Shown: in pieces, positions 28,729 to 38,599 of the stretch
Numbering within the stretch: position 1 is the stretch's first letter
Layout: every line of letters begins with the position of its first letter
Assembly (NCBI GenBank): GCA_963753695.1
Contig: CAVWDG010000009.1
Span: forward strand, 73,975-137,974
Reading direction: 5' to 3'
From: an uncultured Actinomycetes bacterium
GTDB lineage: Bacteria; Actinomycetota; Thermoleophilia; UBA2241
Length of the DNA stretch: 64,000 nucleotides
Program-made: the position numbers and the translations under genes
Notes under the pieces: generated by a model
What the model was told of the DNA's origin: nothing
The model's database searches: none
Seen by the model: the letters and a program-made list of their open reading frames with translations, nothing else

Positions 28729-30617
28729 CTGGCGAGCTCGGCGGCGTCGGGCGCGTCCTGTCCGCGAAACTGCGTGCGGTGCAGGTCGGCGTAGAGGCCG
28801 CCGGCGGCCAGCAGCTCGTCGTGGCGGCCGCGCTGCACTATGCGGCCGTCCTGCAGCACGAGGATCATGTCGGCGTCGCGCACCGTCGAGAGGCGGTGGG
28901 CGATGACCAGCGACGTGCGCCCGGTGAGCGCCGCCTTGAGGGCGTGTTGCACGGCGACCTCCGACTCGGAGTCGAGGTGCGCGGTGGCTTCGTCCAACAC
29001 CACGATGTCGGGCGCCTTGAGCAGCAGCCGGGCGATCGCCAGACGCTGCTTCTCACCGCCCGACAGGCGGTAGCCGCGGTCGCCCACGACGGTATCGAGA
29101 CCATCGGGCAGCGACTCGACGAGCGCCATGATCTGCGCCGCCCGCAGCACCTCGTCCACCTCGTCGGCGCTCGCGTCGGGCCGCGCGTAGAGCAGGTTGG
29201 CGCGGATCGTGTCGTGGAACAGGTGGACGTCCTGCGTGACCATGCCGATCACCTGGCGCAGCGAGTCGAAGCTCGCCTCGCGCACGTCGACCCCGTCGAT
29301 GCGCACCGCGCCCGCTCGCACGTCGTACAGGCGCGGCACGAGCTGGCTGATCGTCGTCTTGCCGGCGCCCGACGGCCCGACCAGGGCGATGAGCTGGCCC
29401 GGTTCGGCGGTGAAGCTGACGTCGTGCAGCACCTCCTGGCCGGGCGTGTCGTTCAGCACCGCCACCGACTCGAGCGAGGCCAGCGAGACTTCGCTGCTGG
29501 TCGGGTAGGCGAAGCGCACGTGGTCGAACTCGATGCGCGCGGGCCCCCGCGGCACGCTCGCGGCGCCGGCCTTCTCGACCACCATGGGCGGCAGGTCGAG
29601 GACCTCGAAGACGCGGTCGAACGAGACCAGCGCCGTCATCAGGTCGACGTTGATGTTGGAGAGCGCGGTGAGCGGACCGTAGAGCCGGTTGAGGTAGGCG
29701 GTGAGGGCCACGACCGTGCCCACATCGAGCACGCCGCGGACCGCCAGCACGCCGCCCCAGCCGTACACCAGCGCCGTCGCCAGGGCCGCGGTGAGCAGCA
29801 GGGCGATGAAGAAGAAGCGCGCGTAGATCGACTGCACGATGTCGATGTCGCGCACGCGCGCCGCCTTAGCCTTGAACTCGTCGCTCTCGGCGTCGGGGTG
29901 GCCGAAGAGCTTCACGAGCAGCGCGCCGGCCACGTTGAAGCGTTCGACCATGCCGTTGTTCATCTCGGCGGTGAGCTCGTAGCGCTCGCGCGTGATCGAC
30001 TGCAGGCGGCGCCCCAGCCAGCGGGCGGGCAGGAGAAAGGCGGGCAGCAGCGCGAGCGCTACGAGAGTGATCTGCCACGACAGGAAGAACATGATGACGA
30101 GCACGATGGCCACGCTGATCAAGTTGCCGATCACGCTCGACAGCACGTCGGTGAAGGCTTCCTGGGCGCCGGTCACGTCGTTGTTCAGGCGGCTCACCAG
30201 GGCGCCGGTCTGCGTGCGCGTGAAGAAGGCGATGGGCATGCGCTGCACGTGGTCAAAGACCTTCGTGCGCATGTCGTAGATCAGGTTCTCGCCCACCCGC
30301 GCGCTGATGAAGCGCTCGATCAGGGTGAGGCCGGCGTCGATGATCGCCAGCACGGCGACGAGCACGGCCAGCACGACGATGAGCTCGGCATCGTGGTGGT
30401 AGATGCCCTTGTTGATGATCTCGCGGTAGATCAGCGGGTTGGCGGCGCTCACCACTGCATCGATCACGACCAGCACGAGGAAGACGGCCAGCAGGGCGCG
30501 GTAGGGGCGCACGAAGGTGAGGATGCGGCGGGTCGTGCCCTTGGGCACCTTCTCGTGCTGGACCGACTGGTCGCGGCGCAGCGAACGCAGCGCCGTGAAG
30601 CCGCCCGGACCCATCAT
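28725..30617 (-). CDS. ABC exporter, fused permease/ATPase
   Basis: TM domain followed by GPSGAGKT, LSGGEKQR, LDEATAHLD. Confidence 0.93.
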   Translation of the reverse strand: MMGPGGFTALRSLRRDQSVQHEKVPKGTTRRILTFVRPYRALLAVFLVLVVIDAVVSAANPLIYREIINKGIYHHDAELIVVLAVLVAVLAIIDAGLTLIERFISARVGENLIYDMRTKVFDHVQRMPIAFFTRTQTGALVSRLNNDVTGAQEAFTDVLSSVIGNLISVAIVLVIMFFLSWQITLVALALLPAFLLPARWLGRRLQSITRERYELTAEMNNGMVERFNVAGALLVKLFGHPDAESDEFKAKAARVRDIDIVQSIYARFFFIALLLTAALATALVYGWGGVLAVRGVLDVGTVVALTAYLNRLYGPLTALSNINVDLMTALVSFDRVFEVLDLPPMVVEKAGAASVPRGPARIEFDHVRFAYPTSSEVSLASLESVAVLNDTPGQEVLHDVSFTAEPGQLIALVGPSGAGKTTISQLVPRLYDVRAGAVRIDGVDVREASFDSLRQVIGMVTQDVHLFHDTIRANLLYARPDASADEVDEVLRAAQIMALVESLPDGLDTVVGDRGYRLSGGEKQRLAIARLLLKAPDIVVLDEATAHLDSESEVAVQHALKAALTGRTSLVIAHRLSTVRDADMILVLQDGRIVQRGRHDELLAAGGLYADLHRTQFRGQDAPDAAELAS

Positions 30618-31165
30618 GAGGGCTCACCTGCGCGCGGAGAGGGCGTGTCGCGCCGGTTCAGCACGGTGAGCAGCTCGAGGAGCTGGGTGCACTGGGCGGC
30701 GTCGAGCCGCGCGAACAGCGCCTCGGCGCCCGCCCGGCGGGCGCGGCTCAGGCGCGCGAGCAGCTGGTCGCCTGCGTCGGTGAGGCAGACCAGCACGGAG
30801 CGGCGGTCGAGGGGGTCGGGGCGCCGCTCGACCAGGCCGGCCGCCTCGAGGGCGTCGACCATGGCCGTGGCCGAGCGCGGTACGACTTCGAGGCGCACGG
30901 CGAGCTCGCCCATGCGCAAGGGCGCCTCGGCGCGCGCCAGCAGGCGCAGGGCGCGCGCCTGGCCGAAGGTCAGCCCGAGGGGCTCGAGCTCGCCGCGCGC
31001 CGCGCGCCGCAGACGCCACGACGTGCAGGTCAGCAGCTCGCCGAGCTGGGCGACCAGGTCGGCGCCGGCGCCGTCGGTGGTCGCCGCGTCGGTGTCCATC
31101 GCGCGGCCGGACGCGTGGTCGGTGGTCGCCGCGTCGGTGTTGTTGCGGTCTGCGGTCGCCGTCAT
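30614..31165 (-). CDS. MarR family regulator
   Basis: LTFGQARALRLL, MGELAVRL, RRPDPLDRRSVLV. Candidate box ATAGTGAG-N5-CTCAACAT at 31226-31246. Confidence 0.88.
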   Translation of the reverse strand: MTATADRNNTDAATTDHASGRAMDTDAATTDGAGADLVAQLGELLTCTSWRLRRAARGELEPLGLTFGQARALRLLARAEAPLRMGELAVRLEVVPRSATAMVDALEAAGLVERRPDPLDRRSVLVCLTDAGDQLLARLSRARRAGAEALFARLDAAQCTQLLELLTVLNRRDTPSPRAGEPS

Positions 31166-31315
31166 GGCTGCTCCTTGGGCGTTGCCGGCTCGTTTTGGGC
31201 CGGCGCATACCATTGAGTCTACCGCATAGTGAGTGTCTCTCAACATAAGGGGCGCATGCCGGCGCGTGCGGCCGACACGGCGCCGTCAACGGGGCCGGCC
31301 GTGGCGCGCCGGCCT

Positions 31316-32746
31316 TCAGCCGTGGAGGCCCGCGGCTCCTTCGGCGACGGCGCGCCAGGTGGCGAGCCGGGTGGCGGCTTCGTCGGCTGAGACGCGCGGC
31401 TCAAAGCAGGCCGCCGGCCGCCAGTCGCCTACGGCGGCGGCCGGGTCGGCGGCCTCTCCCGCGCCCAGGCGGGCAAAGGCGGCGACACCCAGCGCGGTGG
31501 CGTGGGGCAGAGGGTAGACCTCGACCGGCGCCTGCAGCAGGTCGGCCTGCATCTGCATGAGCGTCGTCGAGCGCGCCAGCCCGCCGTCGACGCGCAGGCG
31601 CTCGAGCGGCCGCCCCAGGTCGGCGGCCGCCGCCTGGGCCAAAAAGGCGACCTGGGCGGCGATGCCCTCACAGACGGCGCGCACCAGGTGAGCGCGGTGC
31701 GTGCCCAGCGTGAGACCCACGAAGGCGCCGCGCGCCTCGGGCTTCCAGAAGGGCGCGGCGAGCCCCGCGAGGCCCGGCACGAACACGGCCCCGCCGGTGG
31801 TCGCGACGCTGCCGCCCAGCGCGTCCAGGTCGGACGGCCGCGCGATCAGCCCGATCTCCTGCAGCCAGCTCACGGCGGCGCCGGCCGCGTAGACCTGGCC
31901 GTCGAGGCAGTAGGTCGTCTCGGCGCCCAGCTTCCAGGCTACGCAGCCCACCAGGCCCGAGCCCGAGCGCGTGGCGTTGGGACCCACCGTGGTCAGCAGA
32001 AAGGCGCCCGTACCGAAGGTGCACTTGGCCTCGCCGGCGGCGTGGCAGCTCTCGGCAAACAGGGCGGCCTGTTGGTCGACGCAGGCGCCGGCGACCCGGA
32101 TCGGCGGGCCGAACAGGCGAGTCTCGCCCACCACCGACGCGCAGGGTACGACCGCGGGCAGGTCGTCGGCGGCGATGCCGAAGGCCGCGCAGGCCGCCGG
32201 CGACCAGGCCACCGAGTCGAGGTCGAGCAGCATGGTGCGCGACGCGGTCGCCGCATCGGTCACAAAAGCGCCGCAGAGCCGGTGCAGCAGCCAGACATCG
32301 GAGGTGGTCACGACGCCGGCGCGGGTGACGTGCTCGCGCAGCCAGGTCATCTTGGGCCCCGCGAAGTAGGGATCGAGCTTGAGCCCGGTGAGCGCCTCGA
32401 GCTCGTCGGCCCGCCCGGCCAGCGCGTCGGTCACCTCGACCGCGCGTCTGTCCTGCCAGACGATGGCCCGCGACAGCGGTGCGCCGCTCGCGCGGTCCCA
32501 GGCGAGCACCGTCTCGCCCTGGTTTGCGAGGCCGACGGCGCCGACCGGCTCGCCCGCCCCGGCGAGGGCGGCGCGCGCCGCCGCGACCACCGACTGCCAG
32601 AGCGCCTCGGGGTCGTGCTCGACGCCGCCGTCGGTGGTCGTGACCGGCGCCACCTGTACCTCGGCTTCGGCGAGCACCTCGCGGCCCGGGCCGAACACGA
32701 GCGCCTTGGTGCTCGAGGTGCCCTGGTCTATGGCGAGGGTGTTCAC
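31316..32746 (-). CDS. FGGY carbohydrate kinase (glycerol kinase-like)
   Basis: LAIDQGTSSTK, ANQGET, WQDRR, DQQAALF, KCTFGTG, RVDGG; GTG overlaps the upstream TAG. Confidence 0.9.
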   Translation of the reverse strand: MNTLAIDQGTSSTKALVFGPGREVLAEAEVQVAPVTTTDGGVEHDPEALWQSVVAAARAALAGAGEPVGAVGLANQGETVLAWDRASGAPLSRAIVWQDRRAVEVTDALAGRADELEALTGLKLDPYFAGPKMTWLREHVTRAGVVTTSDVWLLHRLCGAFVTDAATASRTMLLDLDSVAWSPAACAAFGIAADDLPAVVPCASVVGETRLFGPPIRVAGACVDQQAALFAESCHAAGEAKCTFGTGAFLLTTVGPNATRSGSGLVGCVAWKLGAETTYCLDGQVYAAGAAVSWLQEIGLIARPSDLDALGGSVATTGGAVFVPGLAGLAAPFWKPEARGAFVGLTLGTHRAHLVRAVCEGIAAQVAFLAQAAAADLGRPLERLRVDGGLARSTTLMQMQADLLQAPVEVYPLPHATALGVAAFARLGAGEAADPAAAVGDWRPAACFEPRVSADEAATRLATWRAVAEGAAGLHG

Positions 32747-33318
32747 TATAGATCGACGCTGTCCGGCGCCTCTCGCGGGTCGCTGAACCAGTCGCGCTTG
32801 TCGAACTCGCCGTCGGTGATGGCGTCGAGCGGCATCTTCATGTACCGGCCGCGCGCCTCGACGGCGACCGCGCCGTCGTCGAGCACGATCTCGCCGGTGC
32901 CCTCGAAGAGCCGCGAGGTGTCGCGCGTGACGCGGGCGAGGGCCCTGATGGTGCCGCCCAGCGGCACCGGCCGGCGGAAGCGCACGGTGAGCTCGGCGGT
33001 CACGCCCCAGGTGCCGGGGTGGGCGATCGTGATGGCGCGTCCGATGGTCTCGTCTAAGACCGCCGAAGAGATGCCGCCGTGCAGGCGGCCGGGGTAGCTC
33101 TGGTGCTCGTTGCGGGCGTGAAAGACGCCCAGCAGCTCGCCGTCGTCGAGCTCGTAGAAGCTGCCGTGGAGGCCGTGAGGGTTCTCGTCGCCGCACACGA
33201 GGCACATGCGACTGATGTTCTGGGCGCTGCGCACTTTGCGTTCCAACTCCGCGCTCCTCTCGCCTGCGGCGTCTGGCGTGGGGTCGCCGAACGACCGCGC
33301 CGGCGATCGGCCCATCAT
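32746..33318 (-). CDS. PaaI/hotdog-fold thioesterase
   Basis: CLVCGDENPHGL, SYPGRLHGGISSAVLDETIG, ELTVRFRRPVP. Confidence 0.88.
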   Translation of the reverse strand: MMGRSPARSFGDPTPDAAGERSAELERKVRSAQNISRMCLVCGDENPHGLHGSFYELDDGELLGVFHARNEHQSYPGRLHGGISSAVLDETIGRAITIAHPGTWGVTAELTVRFRRPVPLGGTIRALARVTRDTSRLFEGTGEIVLDDGAVAVEARGRYMKMPLDAITDGEFDKRDWFSDPREAPDSVDL

Positions 33319-33363
33319 ATGGCACGAGGCCGCCCCGCCGCTCGGGGGCGGCGGGGCGGAACG

Positions 33364-34083
33364 TCAGGGCGCGGTCGGGCCCGAGCTCAGGCCGGCGTGG
33401 CCGTCCGTGGCGTCGAACGGCGGCATGACGCCCTCGAGCATGCGGTACAGGACGCGGCAGGGGTTGGCGAGGTCGAGCGAGGGGTCGATCGCGGCCTGGA
33501 TGGCGAGACCGTCGATCACCGCCGACAGCAGCTGCGTGAGGCCCAGAAGGTCCGGGTCGTCGAGCGTTCCCGAGGGGGTGGCGACGCCCAGCCACTCGAG
33601 CTTGAGGCCCCAGTACCAGCGGTACAGCAGGGCGATCCGCCGCCGCAGCCCTTCGTCGCGCAGCACGTGGGGCAGCATCTCGAAGAACACGCGGAACTCC
33701 TCGGCGGCGCCCGCCATGCGGCGTACCTCTTCGGCGAGCTGCTGCGCGCGGCGTGTGGGGCTCACGTCTTTCATGCGGTTCTGAGAGGCGATGTACTCGT
33801 CGTGGATCACCGAGTCGAGCACGGCCGCGACGAGTCCGGCCTTATTGCCGAAGTAGTAGGAGATCATCGCCTTGTTCTCGCCCGACGAGGCGGAGACGGC
33901 GTTCAACGTGAGCGCGTCGAAGCCGTGGGTGGCGATGAGGCGCTTGGCGGCCAGCAGCAGCTTCCGGGCGGTCTCGGGCAGTGCCGGCAGAGGGTCTTTG
34001 AACACTACCTGTGGCCGGCGCACCACGTCGGGCGCCTGGGCTCCCGCGAGAGGCGGCTTGCCCCTGGCCCTTTCGGTCTTCAC
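33364..34083 (-). CDS. TetR family regulator
   Basis: LTLNAVSASSGENKAMISYYFGNKAGL HTH; divergent from the FAD oxidoreductase gene. Confidence 0.9.
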   Translation of the reverse strand: MKTERARGKPPLAGAQAPDVVRRPQVVFKDPLPALPETARKLLLAAKRLIATHGFDALTLNAVSASSGENKAMISYYFGNKAGLVAAVLDSVIHDEYIASQNRMKDVSPTRRAQQLAEEVRRMAGAAEEFRVFFEMLPHVLRDEGLRRRIALLYRWYWGLKLEWLGVATPSGTLDDPDLLGLTQLLSAVIDGLAIQAAIDPSLDLANPCRVLYRMLEGVMPPFDATDGHAGLSSGPTAP

Positions 34084-34104
34084 GATGCCCCCCTACGTCG
34101 AGCG

Positions 34105-34128
34105 CCACTGACTGACCGGTCGATTAGC
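34105..34128. promoter_or_regulatory. Shared operator, copy 1
   Basis: CCACTGACTGACCGGTCGATTAGC; 21 of 24 positions match the copy at 51142. Confidence 0.72.
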
Positions 34129-34280
34129 TCGCCGGGAATCTTACCAGACCAGTCAACGGGCGCGGCCGGTATGGCTCCAGGCGGTGGCGATGCGTCGCCG
34201 GGCCGGCTCCGCGGCGGCGACGCGCCGCCGGCGGCCGACCCGCTGCGCTATGCTTGGCCGTGAACGCCAGCGGAGGCCGC

Positions 34281-35639
34281 GTGAGAACCATCGAAGAAGG
34301 GCCCAGGACGACCCCCGTCCTGTGCGAGACCGACGTGCTCGTCGTGGGCGGTGGCCCCGGCGGCCTGGCGGCGGCCGTGAGCGCGGCGCGCGAGGGCGCG
34401 CACACGACGCTCCTCGACCGCTACGGCTGCTTCGGCGGCGTCATCACCCAGGTCGGCATAGAGAGCGTGGCCTGGTATCGGCACGAGGGCACGACCGACC
34501 TCGAGGGCATCGGCATCGAGTTCGAGCAGCGCGCCAAGGCCTTCGGCGGCACGCAGGCCGAGTGTCAGTCGATAAGCGAGGCCCTCGACCCCGAGCTCTT
34601 CAAGTGCGTCGCCGACGAGCTGGTGCGCGAAGCCGGCGTGCAACCGCTGCTGCACTGCCTCGCGGTCGCGCCCATCGTCGCAGACGGAGCGGTCGGCGGG
34701 GTCGTGGTCGAGAGCAAGTCGGGGCGCCAGGCCGTTCTCGCGCGCCGCGTGATCGACGCCACCGGCGACGCCGACCTCGCCTACCGCGCCGGGGCGCCCT
34801 GCCGCACGACGCCGGTGGCCGAGATGATGGGCGTGAGCGTCGTCTTTTCGTGCTCCGGCGTCGATCGCGAGCGCTTCTTCGACTACGTGAGCGAGTGCGC
34901 GCCCACCTACAAGGACTGGACCGCCGGCTGGCGCATGGAGACGAGCGGCAAAGAAGACGATCTCTTCAGCCCCTTCCTGCAGGAGCCGTTCGACCTGGCG
35001 CGCGCCGCCGGCATCATCCCGGAGAGCATCACCAGCATCGGCGGCACCTGGAGCCGGATCTCCGACTCCGGCGAGGCCACCGGCCTCAACCTGGTCTACC
35101 TGTCGGGCTACGACTGCACCGACGTGACCGATCTCACGCGCGCCGAGATCGAGGGCCGCCGGCAGGTGCTGCTCGCCATCGAGGCCCTGCGGCGTTTTGC
35201 GCCGGGCTTTGCCGGCGCCCGCCTGCGCAACTTCGGCATGACCCTCGGCACGCGCGACTCACGCAAGATCCGCGGCCGCTACGAGCTCACCGCGCACGAC
35301 GTGCGCGGTGAGGCGCGCTTTGCCGACTCGGTCGGCATCTTCCCTGAGTTCATCGACGGCTACGGCGCCCTGGTGCTGCCCACCACGGGGCGCTACTTTC
35401 AGGTGCCCTACGGCGTGCTGGTGCCGCAGGGGGTCGAGAACCTGCTGGTCGCCGGGCGCTGCGTGGCGGGCGACCGGGTGGCGCACGCGGCCACGCGCAG
35501 CCAGATGTGCTGCGCCGTGACCGGCCAGGCGGCCGGCGCCGCCGCCGCCGTCTCGCTGCGCGACGGCACGACCACCTCGGGGGTCGCCGTGAGGCGAGTG
35601 CAGGCCGCTCTCGAACGCCAGGGCGTGCGGCTCTTCTGA
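34281..35639 (+). CDS. FAD-dependent oxidoreductase (FAD_oxidored-like family)
   Basis: DVLVVGGGPGG, VIDATGDADL, YFQVPYGVLVP..VENLLVAGRC. GTG 34281 with GGAGG SD. Confidence 0.88.
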   Translation: MRTIEEGPRTTPVLCETDVLVVGGGPGGLAAAVSAAREGAHTTLLDRYGCFGGVITQVGIESVAWYRHEGTTDLEGIGIEFEQRAKAFGGTQAECQSISEALDPELFKCVADELVREAGVQPLLHCLAVAPIVADGAVGGVVVESKSGRQAVLARRVIDATGDADLAYRAGAPCRTTPVAEMMGVSVVFSCSGVDRERFFDYVSECAPTYKDWTAGWRMETSGKEDDLFSPFLQEPFDLARAAGIIPESITSIGGTWSRISDSGEATGLNLVYLSGYDCTDVTDLTRAEIEGRRQVLLAIEALRRFAPGFAGARLRNFGMTLGTRDSRKIRGRYELTAHDVRGEARFADSVGIFPEFIDGYGALVLPTTGRYFQVPYGVLVPQGVENLLVAGRCVAGDRVAHAATRSQMCCAVTGQAAGAAAAVSLRDGTTTSGVAVRRVQAALERQGVRLF

Positions 35640-35783
35640 GCGGCGTCCACCGGCTACGCGACGACGGACGCCGCCACGGTCCGCCGTGGGGCGCATTTGT
35701 GTCAGGTTGACCGATTCTCGCCAGCAGTTCATGCTGACAGAGTGCCGTGTTTCAGAATAAACCAGCTCTGGCAAGGGGTTCTT

Positions 35784-35837
35784 CTACTAATTAACCGGTC
35801 AATCTCTCTTGCCATACCGCGAAACAGCTTGTATGGT
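35784..35837 (+). promoter_or_regulatory. Shared operator, copy 2, plus sigma70-type promoter
   Basis: CTACTAATTAACCGGTCAAT (35784-35803) just upstream of TTGCCA (35809-14)-N17-TATGGT (35832-37). Confidence 0.72.
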
Positions 35838-35929
35838 GCGACAAATGTGGTTAGGGCCGGAGAAGTCGTGCCGGCGCCGCGCCCAGTCCGGTCCGCGTCG
35901 CGGGTCTGAGCTCAGGGGGAGTATCGAAC

Positions 35930-37615
35930 ATGGACGACCAAGAGTACCGTAGGGAATATGGCCAGCACCTTGTAGAGCAGGTCATCAACGGCCAGATGAC
36001 CAGGCGCCAGCTGCTCGTGCGCGCTTCGGTCTTTGGCCTCTCCGCCACCGTCGTCGGCTCGCTCCTCGCAGCGTGCGGCAGCTCCGGCGGCTCGTCCGCG
36101 ACGTCGCCCTCGGCGGCCGCCAGCGGTAGCGCCCTTCCGCCCGTCGTCACCGGCGGCACGCTGAAGGCAGTCATTCCGCCGCCGCTCAAGACGCTCGACC
36201 CGGTCACGATCTACGACCAGGGCGGCATCGTCATGGTCTACCAGATCGCCGAGTACCTGATCGACCTCTCCAACACCAACGCCCTCAAGCCCAAGCTCGC
36301 TCTCAGCTGGACTCCCAACCAGAAGGGCGACGTCTGGACCTTCAATCTGCGCCAGGGCGTCACGTTCAACGACGGCACTCCCTTCGAGGCCGCCGACGTG
36401 GTCGCCAGCATCGAGCGCGTGATCAACCCCAAGAGCGGTTCGGGCGCCCTCGCCGCCCTCGCCGGCATCCTCTCGCCGGGCGGCACCAAGGCCACCGACA
36501 CGCACACCGTGACCTTCAACCTCGACAAGCCCTTCGCCGACTTCCCGTACCTGGTGAGCTCGTCGTCGTACAACACGGCCATCCTGCCGCGTAACTACGC
36601 CGGCGACTTCCAGAAGAAGCCGATCGGCACCGGCCCCTGGATGGTCAAGACCTACGTCCCCAACCAGCACGCCGATCTCGTCAAGAACCCGACCTACTGG
36701 GGCAAAGACGCTCAGGGTCGCCAGCTGCCGTACCTCGACGGGCTCAACTTCGCGTTCGTCACCGACACCTCGGCCGCCAACCTGCAGCTCCAGTCGGGCG
36801 CCGTCGACGTGCAGCCGCAGACCGTGTTCCAGGGCGGCGCGTCGGTGCTCAGCGATTCCGCTCTGCGCGTCGACGTCTACCCGTCCAGCGGTATCCGCGA
36901 GGTCGCCTTCAACGTCACCAAGGCGCCGTGGACCGACAAGCGCGTCCGCCAGGCCGTGGCGTACAGCCTCGACCGCAAGGCCATCAACCAGGCCCTCTAC
37001 GGCGGCCGCAGCAACCTCGGCTACGACACCTTCTGGGAGCCGGCTGTCTTCCCGGGCAGCCCGCCCTCGACCGTGCGCACCCAGGACTACGCCAAGGCCA
37101 AGTCGCTGCTCTCTGCAGCCGGCCACACGAGCCTCGACGTCACGCTGACCGTGGCCAACTACCTCGAGAACCCGGCCTACGCGCAGCTCATCCAGGCGCA
37201 GTGCAAGCCGGCCGGCATCAACGTCAAGATCAACGAGATCAGCTACAACGCGATCTACGCCGGCACCAACGCCACCACGCCGTGGCTGAACGCGCCGATG
37301 GTCATCGTCGAGTGGGGCAGCCGGCCTACGCCGGGCGTCTACGCTCAGGCCATGCTGCTGCCGACCAGCGCCTGGAGCTCCTCGCACTGGAACAACCCGG
37401 CCTTCGTGAAGGCCTTCAACGCGTACGAGTCGACCACCGACGAAGCGAGCCGCACCACGCTGGCCACGCAGCTCTCCTCGATCCAGCAGGACGACACGCC
37501 GATCCTCGTGGCGTTCTACATCTCGCAGCTGCGCACCCAGAAGAAGAACGTCTACAACATCCAGGGTCCGGGCTCGTTCTACTTCGACGCCAGCCAGGCC
37601 TACATCACCAAGTGA
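35930..37615 (+). CDS. ABC substrate-binding lipoprotein (family 5, Dpp/Opp-like), Tat-type signal
   Basis: TRRQLL twin-Arg, LAAC lipobox, WTFNLRQGVTFNDG, PIGTGPW. Confidence 0.92.
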   Translation: MDDQEYRREYGQHLVEQVINGQMTRRQLLVRASVFGLSATVVGSLLAACGSSGGSSATSPSAAASGSALPPVVTGGTLKAVIPPPLKTLDPVTIYDQGGIVMVYQIAEYLIDLSNTNALKPKLALSWTPNQKGDVWTFNLRQGVTFNDGTPFEAADVVASIERVINPKSGSGALAALAGILSPGGTKATDTHTVTFNLDKPFADFPYLVSSSSYNTAILPRNYAGDFQKKPIGTGPWMVKTYVPNQHADLVKNPTYWGKDAQGRQLPYLDGLNFAFVTDTSAANLQLQSGAVDVQPQTVFQGGASVLSDSALRVDVYPSSGIREVAFNVTKAPWTDKRVRQAVAYSLDRKAINQALYGGRSNLGYDTFWEPAVFPGSPPSTVRTQDYAKAKSLLSAAGHTSLDVTLTVANYLENPAYAQLIQAQCKPAGINVKINEISYNAIYAGTNATTPWLNAPMVIVEWGSRPTPGVYAQAMLLPTSAWSSSHWNNPAFVKAFNAYESTTDEASRTTLATQLSSIQQDDTPILVAFYISQLRTQKKNVYNIQGPGSFYFDASQAYITK

Positions 37616-37650
37616 CGACCGTAGCAAGAAACTGACGTAAGGGGACCGGG

Positions 37651-38598
37651 ATGGGGCGCCTCATCGGGCGGCGACTGCTGCTCATGGTACCGACGCTTAT
37701 TCTGGTGTCGATCCTCGTGTTTGCCTTGGCAGAGGTCCTGCCGGGCAACGTGGGGCGCTTCATCCTCGGTCCCTACGCCACGCAGTCGGCCGTCGACCAG
37801 CTCAACCGCAACCTGGGCATGGACAAGCCCATCTACGTGCGGTACGTCGAGTGGGCCGGCCACTTCGTCACCGGCCACTGGGGCACGTCGCTCCAGTACA
37901 GCACACCGGTGTCTTCCATCGTGTGGCACGCCTTGGGCAACTCGTTGCTCCTGGCCGGTTTCGCCCTGGTGATCATCGTGCCGACGTCGATCCTCGTCGG
38001 CGTCTATGCCGGCCTGCGACGCGACAGCTTCATCGATCGGGCTATCACCATCTCGTCGCTCTCGATGACCGTCATTCCCGAGTTCGTGAGCGGCGTCATC
38101 CTCATCGTGGTGTTCGCCGTCACCCTGCACTGGCTGCCGGCGGCCGCCATGCCGCCGCAGGGTTCGCCCTTCATCGACCGCTTCTACTACCTCATCCTGC
38201 CGGCCATCCCGCTCATGCTGATCGAGCTCGGCTACATCGCGCGCATGGCTCGCGTGGGCACTGTGCAGGTGCTCAACATGCCCTACATACGCACGGCCGT
38301 GCTCAAGGGCCTGCCAAAGCGCCGCGTCGTCTTCGGCCATGTGCTGCGCAACGCCCTGGTACCGACCGTCACCGTGATCGGCAGTCAGGTCGGCTGGCTG
38401 ATCGGCGGTCTCGTGGTCATCGAGTTCCTGTTCGTCTACCCGGGCATCGGCAACTACATGGTCAATGCGGCCCTCAACCACGACCTGCCGTTGCTCGAGG
38501 CCTGTGTGCTGGTCATCGCGCTGATCTACCTGTTCTCCAACTTGATCGCCGACATCGTGGTCGCGCTGCTCAACCCGCGCATCCGCATGGGGGGCTGA
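37651..38598 (+). CDS. ABC permease (DppB-like)
   Basis: EAA-like loop YIRTAVLKGL; VLRNALVP. Confidence 0.92.
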   Translation: MGRLIGRRLLLMVPTLILVSILVFALAEVLPGNVGRFILGPYATQSAVDQLNRNLGMDKPIYVRYVEWAGHFVTGHWGTSLQYSTPVSSIVWHALGNSLLLAGFALVIIVPTSILVGVYAGLRRDSFIDRAITISSLSMTVIPEFVSGVILIVVFAVTLHWLPAAAMPPQGSPFIDRFYYLILPAIPLMLIELGYIARMARVGTVQVLNMPYIRTAVLKGLPKRRVVFGHVLRNALVPTVTVIGSQVGWLIGGLVVIEFLFVYPGIGNYMVNAALNHDLPLLEACVLVIALIYLFSNLIADIVVALLNPRIRMGG

Positions 38599-38599
38599 G

